Shown here piece by piece: positions 60,006 through 64,000 of a DNA stretch of 64,000 nucleotides. The notes below the pieces were generated by a model. It had not been told where the DNA came from. It made no database searches and was given only the letters and a program-made list of their open reading frames with translations. The first letter of the stretch is position 1. Every line of letters starts with the position of its first letter. The position numbers and the translations under genes are program-made. Origin of the DNA: the human T2T-CHM13v2.0 reference genome, Homo sapiens; the NCBI RefSeq assembly GCF_009914755.1, contig NC_060925.1, one strand, 5' to 3'.

Positions 60006-60590
60006 TGTAAAAGTTGTCAGAAACAAAATGAAGTCACTGTGTTAAAACCTTGACAAATGGAGCTGGGGAAGGCCACAAAGAGAGGGTTCTCATACAAGTA
60101 TGCCTAATGATAAAAACTATCACACGAAAGACTCTGCAAAAACTACAAACTTGCACAAAGACCACAGCCTTACATAAAAAAATACTGTGAAGACATCTGT
60201 CCAGCAACTGCCTGACAATCTTGGACTGGGGCCACCTGTGCTATTGATCTTTGTAGCCACTGATAATGATTTCAAAACAATTATGTAATTCTCCTCATTT
60301 TTCCTTAAAAAACTCCTGTCTTCTTTTACCTCCCTGAATATGCCTTCCATATTCACTTTGCAATGCTTAGTCTCAAATAAATATCTTTTTTTTTGTTGTT
60401 TTGTTTGGCTCTGTTGCCTAGGCTGAAGTGCAGTGGCACAATCATGGCTCATTGCAGCCTTGACCTCCTGGCCTCAAGCAGTCCTTTCCCCACAGCCTCC
60501 TGAGTAGCCGGGACTACAGGCATGTGCCACCACACCTGGCTAATTTCATTTTCTTTTAGATTACTTCTCTATCTGTTATTTAGCTTTACA
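60006..60590 (+). mobile_element. ERV1 3' LTR (LTR24-like, family tentative), interrupted by an Alu monomer
   Basis: Begins TG directly after the PPT, has AATAAA near 60377 and ends CA at 60590. Confidence 0.72.
60386..60545 (-). mobile_element. Alu right-arm monomer (FRAM or truncated AluJ)
   Basis: T tail followed by GGCTCTGTTGCCTAGGCTGAAGTGCAGTGG...CACCACACCTGGCTAATT. Confidence 0.85.
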
Positions 60591-61170
60591 CTTCGGTTTG
60601 TAACTCCACTTTTTGTTTTCTTTCTTTTTAAAAATTACGCTTTTCCCAAAAATACCATTCACTTTTTGTTTTCTACATGTTTTAAGAGACTAGTGCATAA
60701 GAAACAATTTAGTCTATGTTTTTGGACCCATAATACATAAACATGTAATTGTTTGACATCAGTAACTGAAAGGGGGGATGGAGCTTTAAAAAAAAAGAGT
60801 TTTTACATGTTACTGAAGTTAAATTGGTATAAATTCAAATTTGAGTGTTAAAACTTTAAGATCCTAAATGCAATTCCTATGGGAACCACAAAAAGTAGCT
60901 ATAGAATATATACAAAAGGAAATGAGAAAGGAATTAAAATTATTCACTACAAAAATAATCAAATACAACAGAAGATGGTAATGCAGAAAATGAGGGGAAA
61001 AACTATAATGCATATAAAAAAAGGTAGCAAAATGACAGAAGTAAGTTCTTCCTTATCAGTAATTATTTCAAATATAATTAGATTAAGCTCTTCAGTCAAA
61101 AGATGGAGATTGGCAGAATAGACAAAAACATGAAACCCGATTCTATGCTGTCTACAAGAGAGAAATTTTA

Positions 61171-61604
<434 letters not shown>

Positions 61605-62142
61605 CTAATATCAGACAAAACAGACTTCAAAATCAAATAGGTTTACATAAGACAAAGAAGGGCATATATATTAATAAAAGGTTTAAAATAACAAGATAAT
61701 GTAACAATTGTAAACATTTACGCACCTAGTAACAGACCATTAAAATATATGACGCAAAACCTGATAGACTGAAGGGAGAAACAGACAGTTCTACAAAAGA
61801 CAAATGGAGAGTTCAATACCCTACTGGTAATAATGGATAGAATGATCAGATAGAGGATAAGAAAACAAGGACTTGAACAACACAATAAATCAGCTAAATC
61901 TGGCAGACATGTATAGGACTCTATATCCAGCAGCTGCAATATACACTTTTTTCTCAAGTGCACACAGGACATTCTCCAGTATAGACCATATGTCAGGCCA
62001 CAATTTTAGTCTCAGTAAATTTTAAAAGATAGATAGCATATCAAATATCTTCTCTGACCACAACAGAATAGAGTTAAAAATCAATAATAGAAGTAAAACT
62101 GATAAACTGACCTTTTTTCTTTTTGGAAATTAAACAACACAC

Positions 62143-62856
62143 TGCTATGGTCTGAATGTCCCCCAAAATTTATACGTTGAAATTTAACTGCCAATATGAT
62201 AGTGTTAAGAGGTGGACAGTGGCCTGGGGTGGTGGCTCATGCTGTAATCCCAGCACTTTGGGAGGAGGAGACTGGCAGATTGTTTGAGCCCAGGAGTTTA
62301 AGACCAGCCAGGGCAACATGGGAAAACCTTGTCTCTACAAAAAATACAAAAATTAGGTGGGCATGGTGGTGCAGGCCTGTAGTCCAAGCTACTCAGGAGG
62401 CTGAAACAGGAGGACTGGTTGAGCCTGGGAGGTCAAGGCTGCAGTGAGCCATGATCAGGCTACAGGCTACTGCACTCCAATGGGGGCAATAGAATGAGAC
62501 CCTGTCTCAAAAAAAAAAAAAAAAAAAGGGTAAAAAGGTGGATTCTTTAGGTGATTATCTCATGAGGATAGAAGTCCTTATGGACGAAATTAGAGCCCTT
62601 ATAAAAGGACTTGAAGGAGTGGATTCATTCACTCCTGTCTCCTCCACGTGGGGACACAATGTTCCTCCGCTCTGAAAGATGCAGCAACGTTGTGACATCT
62701 TGGAAGCAGAGACGGGGCCTTCGCTAGACACTGAATGGGCTGATGCCTTGATCTTGGACACCCCAGCCTTTAGAACTGAGAGAAATAAATGTCTGTTTTT
62801 TAATAAATTATCCAATCTCAGGTATTTTGTTACAGCAACATGAACAAATTAAGATA
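62143..62856 (+). mobile_element. MaLR solo LTR (MST-like) containing an Alu
   Basis: Typical MST termini: TGCTATGGTCTGAATGTCCCCCAAAA...GAAATAAATGTCTG...CTCAGGTATTTTGTTACAGCAAC...AAGATA. Confidence 0.85.
62221..62527 (+). mobile_element. Alu (AluJ-like) nested in the MST LTR
   Basis: GAGCCCAGGAGTT and GGTCAAGGCTGCAGTGAGCCATGATC diagnostics; poly-A tail. Confidence 0.9.
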
Positions 62857-62911
62857 TATTCTTAAACAACCAATGGGTTAAAGATGAAACCACAAGAGAA
62901 ATCAGAAAATA

Positions 62912-63195
62912 CAGTTGGCTGTCAGCATCCACAGGGGATTGGTTCCAGGACCCCATAAGTAGGCCAAAATCCACACAGAGTCAAGTCCTGCAGTTGGCCC
63001 TGTAAAACCTGGGTATTAAAAAAGTAAGGCCTCTGTATCCTCAGGTTTTGCACTCTGTGAATACTGTATTTTCAATCTGCCTTTGGTTACAGATGCAGAA
63101 TTCATGAAATCAGAGGACCAACTGTATTTATTGAAAACAATTACTGTATAAATGCACCCTTGCAGTTCAGATCCATGTTGTTCAAGGCTCAGCTG
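62912..63195. mobile_element. Tigger2/MER8-type non-autonomous DNA transposon
   Basis: CAGTTG...CAGCTG termini with TA on both sides; internal GGGGATTGGTTCCAGGACCCC. The L1 sequence rejoins across it. Confidence 0.8.
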
Positions 63196-63318
63196 TACTC
63201 AGAAATGAATGAAAATGAAAACACAGTACAGCAAAACTTTGGGATACAGTAAAAGCAGTGCTAACAGGGAAATTTATAGTGTGAAATGCTTACGTTTTAA
63301 AAAAACAAAAAACAAAAA

Positions 63319-63627
<309 letters not shown>

Positions 63628-63923
63628 ACCAAAAAGATCTCAAATTAGCAACCTAAATTTACAATTTAGGCAACTAGAAAAGAAAAAAATTAAACCCAAC
63701 ACTAGCAGAAGGAAGGAAATAAAGATTATTTCAGAAATAAATAAAACAGAGCATTAAAAAAAAAAGGAGAAAATCAACAAAACCAAAAGCTGGTTTTTTT
63801 TTAAAGATAAAATTGACAAACTTTATAGACTGACTAAGAAAAAAAGAGAGAAGACTCAAATTACTAAAATCAGAAATGGAATTGGGGACATTACTATCTG
63901 ATCCAGTCAAAATGAAAAGGATT

Positions 63924-64000
63924 GGCAGGGTGAAGTGGCTCACACCTGTAATCCCAGCACTTTGGGAGGCCAAGGCAGGCGGATCACTTGAGGTCAGGAG
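63924..64000 (+). mobile_element. Alu 5' end, cut by the window edge
   Basis: GGCAGGGTGAAGTGGCTCACACCTGTAATCCCAGCACTTTGGGAGG. Confidence 0.9.

Overview
Human (primate) genomic DNA. It is recognisable as one end of the 5S rDNA tandem array at 1q42.13 plus the flank beyond it. Positions 1-50984 hold 23 near-identical 2239-2241 bp units. Each unit has one minus-strand 5S rRNA gene with a D box at -32..-21, an oppositely oriented AluY inserted in the 5S terminator, a (CG)/(CA) tract and a GA-rich tract. Homogenised sequence stops abruptly at 50985. It is followed by a diverged spacer, an Alu-less degenerate 5S unit (RNA5SP18-like) and an old ERV1 internal region with a 3' LTR. The ERV carries the DUSP5 processed pseudogene (DUSP5P1), a SNORA51 retrocopy and several Alus. 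An old L1M with nested MaLR, Tigger and Alu insertions ends the window. There is no credible intact protein-coding gene; the long ORFs are artefacts of GC-rich repeat DNA. I found no new gene system. The most interesting signals are structural or evolutionary: an 11.2 kb five-unit higher-order repeat, two unit subfamilies, three variant 5S alleles, a strongly GC-shifted Alu, an array edge that falls on the Z-DNA tract, and two cellular RNAs retroposed into one target site. Family assignments rest on consensus sequences recalled from memory; no search was run.
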